Positions 39,061 to 52,145 are shown, counted from the stretch's first letter. The stretch is 64,000 bases of DNA from Octopus sinensis (GCF_006345805.1 NC_043000.1:100378001-100442000); one strand, 5' to 3'. Numbers and translations are program-made. Notes: generated from the sequence alone by a model not told the origin.

Positions 39061-40144
39061 TTCAACAATTGAGGGTAAAATTAATTAATTAATCAATTTC
39101 ACCAAGTATTCAGTATGCAAGGGACCATTTAAGGCGAATTCAAATTATTACATTATATAAAAGGGCTTAGTAAAATAAATTACTTTGCCGCATACTGAAC
39201 TCATTAGAAATAGCAGCTAAAAAAACTTTTATAAAACTATTTCTAATACTTAAAGAAAACCTCTCTCATATAGTGTTTGCTCAATTCAACTCACGAAAGT
39301 ATGGGGGTAGAGACATTAAAAAATCAAATGCAAAGTTTTTGAGAACGTACGTTTCAAGATTAGTCCAAATCGACATTTCTATCATCACTCAGAACTCCCT
39401 GGTTTGGATTGAAAACACTGAAAGTGGGAGCATACCCTTTCGGCTTCTTATCGCTTCTGAAGATCGCTCGAAACTAACAGTGCCAGCAAACTCAAATATG
39501 CAAGCGAAGAATTCTGCTCTTTTTAGCTGCTATTTCTAATGAGTTCAGTATGCGGCAAAGTAATTATTTTACTAAGCCCTTTATATAATGTAATAATTTG
39601 AATTCGCCTTAAATGGTCCCTTTGCATACTGAATACTTGGTGAAATTGATTAATTAATTAATTTTACCCTCAATTGTTGAAAGTATAATTCATCTCTCTC
39701 TATTTAAATGCCTCGGATTTTACCGAAAAAAGCATAGTGTTTATTGATTTAACCCACGCTGGTGGAAAGGGGAGAGCAGAAATTTCGCTTGCATATTTGA
39801 GTTTGCTGGCACTGTTAGTTTCGAGGCGGATCTTCAGAAGCGTAAGAAGCCGAAAGGGTATGCTCCCACTTTCAGTGTTTTCAAATCAAACCAAGGAGTT
39901 CTGAGCTGATGATAGAAATGTCGATTTTTGACTAATCTTGAAACGTACGTTCTCAAATAACCTTTGCATTTGATTTTTAATGTCTCTACCCCCATACTTT
40001 CGTGAGTTGAATTGAGCAAACACTATGAGAGAGGTTTTCTTTAAGTATTAGAAATAGTTTTATACAAAGTTTTTTTTAGCTGCTATTTCTAATGAGTTCA
40101 GTATGCGGCAAAGTAATTTATTTTACTAAGCCCTTTTATATAAT
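39061..40144. mobile_element. Double fold-back element with hammerhead-like core
   Basis: 39061-39224 inverted at 39520-39681; 39152-39520 inverted at 39773-40144; CTGATGA..GAAACGTA at 39906-39947. Confidence 0.9.
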
Positions 40145-40689
40145 ATATATACATATATATATGCATATTATATATATATACATATATATATATATATGTA
40201 TATATATAATATATGCATATATATATATATTTTTTTTTTTTCGAAGTGCTTTGTAACGTATATGTTTTAAGCCTTGTGTCAATGTGTATTTAAACTTGAA
40301 TACAAATTTGTAAAATAGAATTTTAATCAAACAAGAAAATTCCTTTTTCCTTTTACGCTTTATTATTTTTTTGTATTATATTTCAATCTGAAACTTCTCA
40401 TCTATTCGTTTAATTTGGCAACATATGTTTCCTTCAAACTGAATTTCATTAAATAAAACCATTGTTTTAGCATATTCCACATTGTCTTCAGCAAACATAT
40501 AATTTACATACATGCATATAATTGATTTGATACCACAATGCTAAATATCATGATATTTAAAATATTTTCTTTTTTTTATATATTTTGTATAATCATAGTA
40601 TTGTATATCGAAGTAAACAGAAGTCTCAGTTTGACACGGAAATCAAGACACTCTCACAAGTCTATTCATTGTCAGGTTATCTTTAAGAT

Positions 40690-40830
40690 ACATGCATATC
40701 TCTTTTACTCGTTTCAGCTATGCAGCTTCGGTCATGCTGGAGCAGCGCCGTGGAAAGTATTAATTGTCATCTCTGGTAGGATTAGAACGCACGACCTCTG
40801 GATTGGAATGTCCAGCGCTGCAGGGCCCTG
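40690..40830 (-). mobile_element. SINE remnant with tRNA-like head and family B-like tail
   Basis: gaggtcgtgcgttctaatcc head and gctgctccagcatgacc..gctgaaacgagtaaaaga tail. Confidence 0.6.
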
Positions 40831-40847
40831 ACATATATATATATATA

Positions 40848-41111
40848 CAAAAAAGGGTGAAATATGATTAATTTAATAAAATTAATAAATATCACCTAGT
40901 AGATTTTTCGGGGATGGAAAAGACCATATTTGGTAAGAATTATATTAATTATAATAAACGGTTAATTGCAACAAGTTGCTAAAACCACATACCGAAATAT
41001 TAGAAATAGCCCCATTGATCACTATTTCTCCTACTAATAAAAAATTCTCCACAGAGACTGCTATTTCTAATATTTTCGGTATGTGGTTTTGAGCAACTTG
41101 TTGCAATTAAC

Positions 41112-41113
<2 letters not shown>
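40848..41113. mobile_element. Fold-back element with left tail (same family as 54401-54862)
   Basis: Arms 40960-41010 and 41060-41112. Confidence 0.85.
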
Positions 41114-41158
<45 letters not shown>

Positions 41159-41160
<2 letters not shown>

Positions 41161-43700
41161 TATACAATATGTTACATTACTCGGTAGTCAAGATAAAACT
41201 CTGAGTTTCAGATACCGAAGTGGAAATCCACAACACCATCTCTTCGGTTATCTGGCTATTTGAAAACGTTATGAAAAAAGACCGTTAAAAATGAAGGGAA
41301 TTACTCTGTTATAACTCTGCTTTGCCTGCGTACTTATACATCGCTCGCATTTTTCGTCATAAAAATTATATAAAAATACATAAAAATATATAAAAATATA
41401 TAAAATCTTCTTGGACATAACACAGAAAGCATGTTCTATCCGTTTTCTTTAGGGCCAAAAACGTAACAGAAATTTAGTCACATGTGGGCCATGATCCGAA
41501 AGTGGGCATGATTCGTAAGTCTTTTAACAATTTCCAACATAAATTGAAAAAAGATATTGATCAATAAAAAGCTCCAAGAAAAAAGCACTTTTTTCGATAC
41601 CCAAGAACTTATACCTGGTAGATAACAGCAAATACACACAACTCTTACACAACAGCATCATTAATAATTATACTAAGGCTAGGCACAGACATATAACGAA
41701 TTAATAAGAAGCTAGCGTCATCGCCGCTAAACTTAAATTAGATAAAAAATAGAAACCCTCCCCCAAAAAAGGCCTTTATTACTATTAAAGACCACAAAGA
41801 AAACTTCCTTTCCAACCCTAAATGTAGGCTTATCAACCCAGCCAAGTCAGAACTAGGGATTATTAGCAAAGAAATTTTAGATAAAATAAATACGAAAATT
41901 AAGACCGATACTAGGCTAGTGCAATGGTCCAATAGTATAGAAGTCGTAGACTGTTTTAAAGCTATTAAGAATAAGAAAAAAGCGAGGTTTACACAATTCG
42001 ATATTGTTGATTTTTTATGCCTCTATCTCTAAAGAACTGCTAGATAGAGCCCTAATCTTCGCTAGTGACTTCATAGAAATTAGTACCAATGATAAGGATA
42101 TAATCTTCCATGCTAGAAAGACATTACTTTTCAGTGAGAATGCAAAGTGGGTAAAAAACACCGACACGGAGGGCGCTTTCGATGTGAGCATGGGTTCATA
42201 TGATGGGGCAGCCATCTGTGATCTAATTGGACTCTTTCTCCTAGATACATTTCGCCATCTACAAAGATGATGCCCTCGCCTTAACAGCTAATACAAATGG
42301 ACCAGCACAAGATCGTTTTAGGAAGGATATTATCCAGTTAATGAAACACTTCGGACTTAGTATAACTATAGACACTAACCTGACGGTTGTCAATTTCTTA
42401 GACGTTTCCTTAATCTTAATAATAATATTTATAAGCCTTATAGGAAGCCCAATGATAGACTGAGTTATATTAATGTAGGTTCATGCCATCCCCCTATAGT
42501 ATTCAAAAATTTTAGTTAAAAATTAGTAGAGGATTTCTAGCCTCTCATCTAATGAGAACATCTTCAATAGCGTTGCCCCAGTTTATAATAAAGCTTTAAA
42601 AGATAGTGGTTTTAGCGAAAAAATAAAATATACACCTATCACCAGCCCAACAATAAGGAAAAGGAATAATAGAAATAGGAAAGTCATCCGGTTTACGCCC
42701 CCTTACTCACCCGAGGTGGCCTTCAATATAGGTAAATATTTCCTAGCACTGATAGATAGACATTTCCCAGTTAACCATGCTTATAGGAAACTCTTCAATA
42801 GACACAATTTAAAAATTAGTTTTAGTTCAACTACCAATTTTAAAACATAATCAATCATAAATCATACAAAAAACACAAGAAGAAAACAGCTGTTCATGCA
42901 GGAATAAAGAATTGTGCCCGCTAAATGGAGCTTGCATGTCCAAGACCATCATATATGAAGCTACCGTAAACTCTATAACCACTAAAGACACCGTTTTGAC
43001 GAAGAAATACGTGGGCCTGACAGAGGGTAATTTCAAGGCCAGGTTCAATAACCACACTTTGAGCTTTAGGCACTGGAACAAAAGAAAAGCGACACAATTA
43101 TCCAATCATATTTGGTCTTTAAGAGATAAAGGTGTCGATTATAACATACAATGGAAGATTTTGGCCAGATGTAAGCCCTATACTAACGGCAGCGGAAGGT
43201 GCGGTTTATGCGACATGGAGAGATGGCTTATCTGGAAAAGCAGCTTAGACCCTACCACATGTCTAAATACAAGGACAGAGCTTTTCGGATCATGCCCACA
43301 TGTGACTAAATTTCTGTTACGTTTTTGGTCCCCTAAAGAAACGATAGAACATGCTTTCTGTTTATGTCCAAGAAGATTTTATATATATTTTTATATATTT
43401 TTATATATTTTTATGTATTTTTATATAATTTTTATGACGAAAAATGCGAGCCATGTATAAGTACGCAGGCAAAGCAGAGTTATAACAGAGTAATTTCCCT
43501 TCATTTTTAACGGTATTTTTTCATAACGTTTTCAAATAGCCAGATAACCGAAGAGATGTGTTGTGGATTTCCACTTCGGCATCTGAAACTCAGAGTTTTA
43601 TCTTGACTACCGAGTAATGTAACATATTGTATAGATAAATTCCTCTATTTACATAATATTGAGGTCTCTTTCTTTCTTTTGTTATCTTACCGTTTTATCA
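41159..43700 (+). mobile_element. Hydra-like Penelope element (RT + C-terminal GIY-YIG) with inverted 5' pLTR and 3' tail
   Basis: AFITIKDHKENF..CRLINPAKSELG, QFDIVDFY, FDVSMGSYDGA, YKDDAL, CPLNGAC..IIY..YVGLTE..CGLC..CPH; 41159-41502 is inverse to 43283-43633; tail 43634-43700; (TA)n flanks; frameshifted; clade assigned from memory of motifs. Confidence 0.9.
43542..43603 (+). ncRNA. Type I hammerhead ribozyme variant in the pLTR
   Basis: agataa-CCGAAGA-gatg..catc-tGAAA-ctc-a-gag-TT-ttatct; inverse copy near 41190-41255. Confidence 0.65.
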
Positions 43701-43702
43701 AT

Positions 43703-43744
<42 letters not shown>

Positions 43745-43750
<6 letters not shown>

Positions 43751-43972
43751 TAAGTTTCTAAATCTCTCGTGAGAGGTGTACGGTGGTGGAGCGATATAAT
43801 GGTTATATACTGTCAATCTAACAAGAACGTGACAGTAGGGGGTACACCACCGTTATATAGCCCTAGGGGCATCCTGTCAAAGCTGTCAGGAGGCGTTCGA
43901 TGCCTCCTAGGGCTATATAACGGTGGTGTACCCCCTACTGTCACGTTCTTGTTAGATTGACAGTATACAACC

Positions 43973-43979
<7 letters not shown>
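43745..43979. mobile_element. Fold-back element with left tail
   Basis: 80-bp arms 43794-43873 and 43899-43979; tail 43745-43793; (TA)n flanks. Confidence 0.9.
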
Positions 43980-44007
<28 letters not shown>

Positions 44008-44010
<3 letters not shown>

Positions 44011-44311
44011 TAATAAAATATTAGGGAATAAATCCAAACTTACAGGGAAAAATCAGATCTAGGATAAATCCATTTATAGTAACATATTATATTATATTGA
44101 ATTAGAGATAACCACTATTAGGCAAATCAAACAATGAAAAACATAAGCCAATACATAAAATTAATTAATATATATTATTTTAAATATATATCAAAAGTAT
44201 TAAAAGTTTATACTTTTGATATATATTTAAAATAATATATATTAATTATTTCATGTATTGGCTTATGTTTTTTCATTGTTTGATTTGCCTAATAGTGGTT
44301 TATCTCTAATT
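44008..44311. mobile_element. Fold-back element with left tail
   Basis: About 100-bp arms 44100-44200 and 44210-44311; 9-nt loop. Confidence 0.9.
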
Positions 44312-44326
44312 TGATATAATTATATA

Positions 44327-44392
<66 letters not shown>

Positions 44393-45211
44393 TATATATA
44401 TATGTGTGTGTGGTGTTGTGTGTGTGTGTGTGTATAATATATATATATATATATACACATATATACACACACATACTTATATATGTGTGTGTATGTATGT
44501 ATTATGTATGTATGTATATTAACGAACACGCTCTTCCTTATTGTAAGGTTACATACATATAACCTTGCAATAAGGTTTACCAAATTCACAAAGTATATAA
44601 ATATCTTCAGGTCTTCTTTGCGTCCCCAAAGTCCATCCCCTCCTCAATGTGGTCGGGACGCTGGCAACGGGTAGTGTCAGAGCTATGCCGTCGGGAACTT
44701 CGGTTCCTGGTAGGGCCACCCAAGGCGGATTGGTCTGACACCGTGTGGTATTAGGGCCACAACCCGGCAGAAATGTAAAAGCCGAACTAGATTATTTTAT
44801 GCGCAACTCCATTGTCTCCCGAGACAACAAGGATGCCAACAACAACATATATGGATTTCGTAGACAGGAACTGAAACAAATCAATCGTATATATATGTAT
44901 GTATATATGTAAGTGTATGTGTGTGTCTTTGTCTTTGTGTTTCACCCTCATCACTGCTTCACAACTGCTGTTCATTTATTTACATCCACATAACTTACTG
45001 GTTTCACAACAACAAACTAACAGAATAAGTACTCGGCTTATCAACATAAAAAAGCACTAGGCTGTGTCTCATATTTTTGTTTGCCTACTCAGTTGTATCT
45101 ATCAATTTATCTTTGTATGTATTTGTGTGTGTGTGTATATCTATACCTATCTATCTATCTATATACATATATGTGTGTGCGTGCGTGTGTGTATGTATAT
45201 ATATATATATT

Positions 45212-45392
45212 TAGAAGGAGCTTCTACAGGACTAGTAGTTTCATTCAAAAGAAATCATCAGGAAGCTCCTGATGATTTCTTTTTTGAATGAAACAGTTCT
45301 AGTCCAGTAGAAGCTCCTTCTATAAATTAAATTAATTTACTCTGCCTATGTATTGAGTACCTTATTTACTGTGGTTAACCCCGACTAAACCC
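45212..45392. mobile_element. Fold-back element with right tail and hammerhead core motifs
   Basis: Arms 45212-45262 and 45268-45322; 5-nt loop; CTGATGA-tttc..gaa-tGAAA..GTC. Confidence 0.85.
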
Positions 45393-45759
45393 GGGACCTA
45401 CACATATATATTATATATATATATATATAATATATATATATATATTATATATATATTATATATATATCAACACTCTAATGGGAGCCTTACTCCCAAATTT
45501 TAGTCATTTCTTTTATGATCCAAACTAGGTCAAAAGTACTGAATGTATCTTTATGAAATTTGGAAATTATATTCTATGCATAAGGGCCATAACCCCCATG
45601 ACAATTCATATATTTTTGCTGTTGATGAAATTTTAACCATAGATATTAGACATAAATGAAGTAATATTTATAAAATTTCATCTTCTTACAAAATTGAAAG
45701 ACCCCTCCATGAGGACTTAACACGCACAATTTTGTCATTTTATCTAAGCAAAAACGAAT

Positions 45760-46300
45760 ACAGTTGTGCTCTTGGAAACTGTAGGGTTACCCGAGCATAA
45801 AAGTTGGGCATTATTTCTAATTCAATGGTACAACAGTATAACAGTTTGCTTTGACATACTCTTACATTGTGATTTCTGCAATGTGGTGCATAAATTGTTA
45901 AGTAAATGAGAGGCATCTTTGCCTCCACTGATTCAGTTGCAAAATGTTGCGTAAATTTATTTGATTGCAGACTTCCTTTCAGTCTTTTTATTATCACTCG
46001 GTCACACATAGTCCCCAGATGGTAACATTGATTTCAAGGCCTTGCCAGATGAGTGACTGGTTATTCAAAGACATTTATAGATTTTAAATTTATTCTGTCC
46101 AGTTACGTATCAGCATAGTGGTCATCTGCAAACTTCAGAGGTGACACTTTAATTTCTCCTTAGCCCTCACGTCACACAATTGTTAATGTTGATTTCAGTT
46201 GGGTCACGCCCTTCCAATTGCTATAGATTCGTAATGCATCTTACAGCTGTGCCTGTCACCTGGATGGTGAAGAATCCTATATTGGGAGTGGTAACGACTA
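45760..46300 (-). mobile_element. Highly degenerate LINE RT fragment (tentative)
   Basis: LKFADD motif on the minus strand near 46125. Confidence 0.3.
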
Positions 46301-46559
46301 GGGTAGGGTAACTGACTGCTTATTGTGATCATTCGTCTTTTGGTTTCCTGTAGCTTTGCTCTCTTTTACAAACCCAGTAAACATATATTTCCTATTTCAA
46401 AGAAATTCAAACAATATATATATAAGACCCAAGTTAAAAATATTCTCAACAATTCAAATTCTCTGGTTGACATTAAGGTGCCCACCCCCAACAGGGGCCT
46501 TAACTCTCACATTTTAGAGCTCCATGACCTTCATTTTTCAGAAGCAAAATCTTTTTAAC

Positions 46560-46782
46560 AGGTTTAATAAGACTGGGATTTTGGAATATGCGCATAAAAA
46601 TCAGTAGTATGGGAAACATGCGGCACGATTACAATTTTTTAGGGTGTACAGAGGGAAATAACCTTCATCTGCAATTTTGATGAAATTCGAAACATAGATA
46701 TTCCAGTTCATTACAAGATATAACAGAAAAGTCTAATTCTTCAATTGAATGTAACCGGGCAACGCCGGGTATCTCTGCTAGT
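46560..46782 (+). mobile_element. Helentron/Helitron-type 3' end
   Basis: ccgggcaacgccggg hairpin followed by tatctctgctagt. Confidence 0.65.
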
Positions 46783-47030
46783 ATGTATATAAAGCAATCA
46801 AAATGCATTCAGGGTATCATGCAATAGCGTCCAGGGCAGTATCATATATATTTTATTTTGACAATTAAATGTTTGACCAGTTATTCGAACATCCGTCTTA
46901 GTCGCTTTTGTCTGACTGTCAAACGAAGGCGACAAAACCGAACATGTTTGTACACTGTCGCTTATTCATTTATTTCCATTTTTACTTTCTATAATTTACA
47001 TATCTGTATATCTGTATGTGAGCATGTGTA

Positions 47031-47163
<133 letters not shown>

Positions 47164-47245
47164 AAAATATATATATACATACATATACATTCATACACAC
47201 AAACACCTCTCTCTCGCTCTGGTCTGTTTGTCTCTCTTTCTCTCA

Positions 47246-47288
<43 letters not shown>

Positions 47289-47306
47289 ATACATATGTAT
47301 ATTATG

Positions 47307-47341
<35 letters not shown>

Positions 47342-47343
<2 letters not shown>

Positions 47344-48324
47344 CCAGGGGATCTAATGCGCTTGGCTTAGATTTCCCTTGGCGGGCTGCCCAAATCGGAG
47401 CAATCTCAAGATTAATCAGCCGAAATTGCTAAGATGATCTGTTCTTGACTGATGACTGAGGGCTTCGAATGTCCCGTCCTGTGGTTCTTGGTCGTCTCTG
47501 TGGTGTTTCATGTTCTTGTCCATGTCTTAATTATTTTTACTGTTTACATATATAATCGGCGGCTACGTATCCACAATTGTCCTTATACGATAAGTATATT
47601 TTTTCTCTAGCATTGATACGACTCTTGATCTGTCTCTTTCTCTCTCTCTCTCTCCTCCCTTATTCCCCTCCTTTCTTTCCCTCTCCATCCGTCTTCCCCC
47701 CCCCTTCTACGTTTCTCTATCTCTCTCACCTCCAGTCCCTTGATCTGTCTCTTTCTTCTCCTCCCTCGTCCACCTTCTCTCTCTTTTATCTGTCCCTTTC
47801 TCCTGTCTTTGTTCTCACGTGACGCTAGCCACTACGGAGCGCCCTTTTCGTTCCAGCAGTCGCCGAAGCAACACGTTTTGTTCGTCTCTCCCTGCGGCCA
47901 TTAGGCACAACTTCATAAGCCAGCCCTAAACTCAACTCGTCCTGTCGAAAGACCCTTGTCCTACGTCCTGGTTTTGTTTTGTTTTTTGTTTTTTATTTTT
48001 ACCGTGTATTGTTTTAATTACGTTTTTTGTATTCTTATTGGTGTCACGTATTCTGTATTTTTGTTCGTGTACTTCGTTCGTTTTCCGTCCTCGTGTTGTA
48101 TATATTCGAAGCTTTCTTCCAGGGGATCTAATGCGCTTGGCTTAGATTTCCCTTGGCGGGCTGCCCAAATCGGAGCAATCTCAAGATTAATCAGCCGAAA
48201 TTGCTAAGATGATCTGTTCTTGACTGATGACTGAGGGCTTCGAATGTCCGTCCTGTGGTTTTGTGTCGTCTCTGTGGTGTTTCATGTTCTTGTCCATGTC
48301 TGTAATTATTTTTACTGTTTACAT
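47342..48324 (+). mobile_element. Non-coding element with ~210-bp terminal direct repeats (pLTR-like), in (TA)n
   Basis: 47342-47550 is repeated at 48117-48324; CT-rich interior; no TG..CA ends and no ORF. Confidence 0.75.
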
Positions 48325-48329
48325 ACATA

Positions 48330-48364
<35 letters not shown>

Positions 48365-48372
<8 letters not shown>

Positions 48373-48799
48373 TGTATATATGTATATGTATACCACTCAC
48401 AATACGCGCGCGCGCACGCACACACAATCTTCTCTAATCAGAAAATTTGCAGTTTCAAAAACCTTTGGCCTGCAATTATCACCTCACGTTATTGCCACGT
48501 TTTCTCTTCACTATATTTGCGTATATGTGTCTTCTTGCAATTCTTTTCTTTGTTAATGTTTTTCTCTAAAATATATTGCTTACTGTTATTATTAGTAGAG
48601 ATTTAACAGAACAAAATATTTTCTCTATTTAAGAAAATACTGCGTATATTTTTTAATTTCCTGTCATTTTACTTGAACCTAGTTCATCTAATTCCCTTAA
48701 TAGACCAAACAATAACAACCGAAATATCGTCAATTCATACCATTTCTTATCCTAACTTTTTCATGATTTTTATACACAACACCATACATACATATGCAC

Positions 48800-48840
<41 letters not shown>

Positions 48841-49275
48841 TATATAAACATATATGTATATATGTATATGTATACACTCACAATACGCGCGCGCGCACGA
48901 CACACACAATCTTCTCTAATCAGAAAATTTGCAGTTTCAAAAACCTTTGGCCTGCAATATACCTCACGTTATTGCCACGTGTTTCTCTTCACTATATTTG
49001 CGTATTGTTCTTCTTGCAATTCTTTTCTTTGTTAATTGTTTTTCTCTAAAATATATTGCTTACTGTTATTATTAGTAGAGATTTAACAGAACAAAATATT
49101 TTCTCTATTTAAGAAAATACTGCGTATATTTTTAATTCCTGTCATTTTACTTGAACTAGTTCATCTAATCCTAAATAGACCAAACACATAACAACCGAAA
49201 TATCGTCAATTCATACCATTTCTTATCCTAACTTTTTCATGATTTGTTTATACAAACACACATACATACATAATG

Positions 49276-49310
<35 letters not shown>
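48365..49310. repeat. About 480-bp tandem duplication; copies differ mainly by 1-bp indels
   Basis: tacgcgcgcgcgcacg..ttatacacaac is present twice. Confidence 0.85.
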
Positions 49311-49311
<1 letters not shown>

Positions 49312-49537
49312 GCTATATCTTTACTACCCACAAAGGGCTAAACAGAGAGGACAAACAAGGACAGACAAACGGATTAAGTCGATTATATCGACTCCAGTGC
49401 GTAACTGGTACTTAATTTATCGACCCCGAAAGGATGAAGGGCAAAGTCGACCTCAGCGGAATTTGAACTCAGAATGTAGCGGCAGACGAAATACCGCTAA
49501 GCATTTCGCCCGGCGTGTTAACGTTTCTGCCAGCTCA
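49312..49537 (-). mobile_element. SINE family A (tail i), monomer
   Basis: Near-consensus reverse complement. Confidence 0.9.
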
Positions 49538-49824
49538 TAGTGTCATACATAGATATCCATATATAGCTATGGCGTCGGAGTTACACCGATCGACACAATG
49601 GGACTATCCATCATTCTGTGATAACGTTTATCCCTTAGAACTTTTACCATTGATATAAGACTGATAAAAAAAAATAGAACTGGTTTTCTTATTTGGATAA
49701 ATGAGAAGAGGTAGTTTTTTTATGAAAGATCACAGCGGTAATCAAGCGGAGAACTTTAACACCTAACATGTGGGATTTTTACTATATACACGTGAGTGCA
49801 TAGGAGGCTGATGTCAACTGCTGC

Positions 49825-50240
49825 AGGTTACTCTCTTTTACTCTTTTACTTGTTTCAGTCATTTGACTGCGGCCATGCTGGAGCACCGCTTTTAGTCGAG
49901 CAAATCGACCCCGGGACTTATTCGTTGTAAGCTCAGTACTTATTCTTTCGGTCTCTTTTGCCGAACCGCTAAGTGACGGGGGACGTAAACACACCAGCAT
50001 CGGTTGTCAAGCAATGCTAGGGGGACAAATACAGACACACAAACATATATACATATATATATATGTATACATATATACGACAGGCTTCTTTCAGTTTCCG
50101 TCTACTAAATCCACTCACAAGGCATTGGTCGGCCCGGGGCTATAGCAGAAGACACTTGCCCAAGATGCCACGCAGTGGGACTGAACCCGGAACCATGTGG
50201 TTGGTAAGCAAGCTACTTACAACACAGCCACTCCTGCGCC
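49825..50240 (-). mobile_element. SINE family B, full length
   Basis: From the aggcgcaggagtggctgtg head to the gaaacaagtaaaagagtaaaagag tail on the minus strand. Confidence 0.9.
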
Positions 50241-50594
50241 TGTGGAATTACCAACAAAAATTTCAGTCGATCTTTGAATTGAACGAAAACCCTTATCTAT
50301 CTATCAAAATACTAGGAAAGGTCCTCAATAGGTTACAGGAAAAGAATAATGGATGACTGGGATCTAAAATGCCTCAGCTACTTGAACTTCAGTGCCAAAC
50401 AAGTATAACAACAATCGTTATATCGTATTTAACGCGCATCTACTGTAAGAAAGCTACGATAGTTAAGGTATTCGTAATGGGAAAGTGTCTCGTATAGACG
50501 TATAGTGTTAAGCATAGAAGTCTGAGTAGCAGCTTACTGGTGAGGGATTTGAGCTTTTCCTCGTGTGTTAGATATACATATTATTTTATTTACT

Positions 50595-50945
50595 TTTATT
50601 CTTTTACTTGTTTTAGTCATTTGACTGTTGCCATGCTGGAGCACCACATTTTAGTCGAAGAAATCCACCCCTGGACTTATTCTTTTTAAGCCTGGTGCTT
50701 ATTCGATCGGTTGTCAAACGATGGGGGGAGGGGCCAAACACAGACACAAACACACACACATAAATACACACACACACATAAATACACACACATATACGAC
50801 GGGCTTCTTTCAGTTTCCCTCTCCACTCACAAGGCTGTCGTCGGCCAGTGGCTCCAGTAGAAAACACTTGTCCTAGGTGCCATGCAGCGGTACTGAACCC
50901 GGAACCATGTGGTTGGGAAGCAAGCTTCTTACCATACACCCACGC
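50595..50945 (-). mobile_element. SINE family B
   Basis: Homologous to 49825-50240. Confidence 0.85.
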
Positions 50946-52107
50946 CTGACGTGTGTCCACACACACACACACACACAAACACGTGAATAGAACATGAATA
51001 GAACAAATAAGAGAAGTGAGGTGAAAGAATGAATATTTATTCCTTCTCTGAACTGTCTCATTGTACAGACCGTTTGCCTAGACTTACCACACGGATTGCT
51101 CTTATGAGTAAATGCATTATAAATCATTATAATTAATAATATACATTATATCTATGTTCAAAGTTACCTTTTCATACTCGTGGCCTGCCCTGGTTGTCAG
51201 CTATCGTTTTGAAGATCACAATTTATTTTCATAGCAACCAACACGTATTTTTGGGTTATTTATGATGTATTAATTGTACTAACGCCCATATAAAGCACTT
51301 TTAATTTAATACACATGTTTGATACAGAATTTGTAAAGATATATTCTGTTTCCTATCGTACAGCAAAAAATAGAAAATCAGACGGTTATTTGTTTCATTT
51401 CTTTAGAAACAGGCTTATTAATCTAACACAATACCAGCATAAATTACTGTAGCGTATATATGTTTTATAGAGCATTGGAATAAACATATTCAACGGAACC
51501 CTTGGAGCATATGCAAAATCGTGGCTACATTCCAACAACATACCATTTAAAAAAAACCCATATTTAGGTTATACACATACACACACATATATACATATAT
51601 ACATTATATATACACACATATATCAACATACTTGTTAACATAGAAGCATGCATAGATATACATACATACATACATACACACACATATACATACAACATAC
51701 AAACGTACATACGTATATATACACATACACAAATATATATATATATATATACATATATGTACATACACATACATATCTATATACGTATATATGTATATAC
51801 ATTATATATGTATGCATGGTGTATGTATGTATATATGTATGTATGAAGGTATACGCGTGCGCGCCTGTGTATTATTTTTTACTCTGTTACTGATTTCAGT
51901 CTAACGACTGGAATCATTTGGGGTTTCCGCCTATAAGGGTTTCGGTTGGGCATATTGGTCCCAATCTTTAATTAATTTCAGCCTGGTACTTTGTTAATTG
52001 CTTTGATATATCGAATCAATTCTAAGTTACAATGTTTGACACAATACTGTTTTTTTTTTTCGCCTATAAATATGGACACATTCGCACACAGACGTACAGG
52101 CATTCAA

Positions 52108-52145
<38 letters not shown>

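Noticed and set aside
39450-39515. CTGAAGA-tcgctc-GAAA hammerhead-like motif on the opposite strand of the double fold-back
   Set aside because: No NUH triplet is positioned before the possible stem I partner and stem II does not pair.
33281-44030. TTAGGG hexamers at 33281, 34013 and 44021
   Set aside because: Single units at the end of a repeat tail, not telomeric arrays.
47445-47480. CTGATGA in the pLTR-like direct repeat
   Set aside because: Followed by GAAT rather than GAAA; stems I-III could not be closed.
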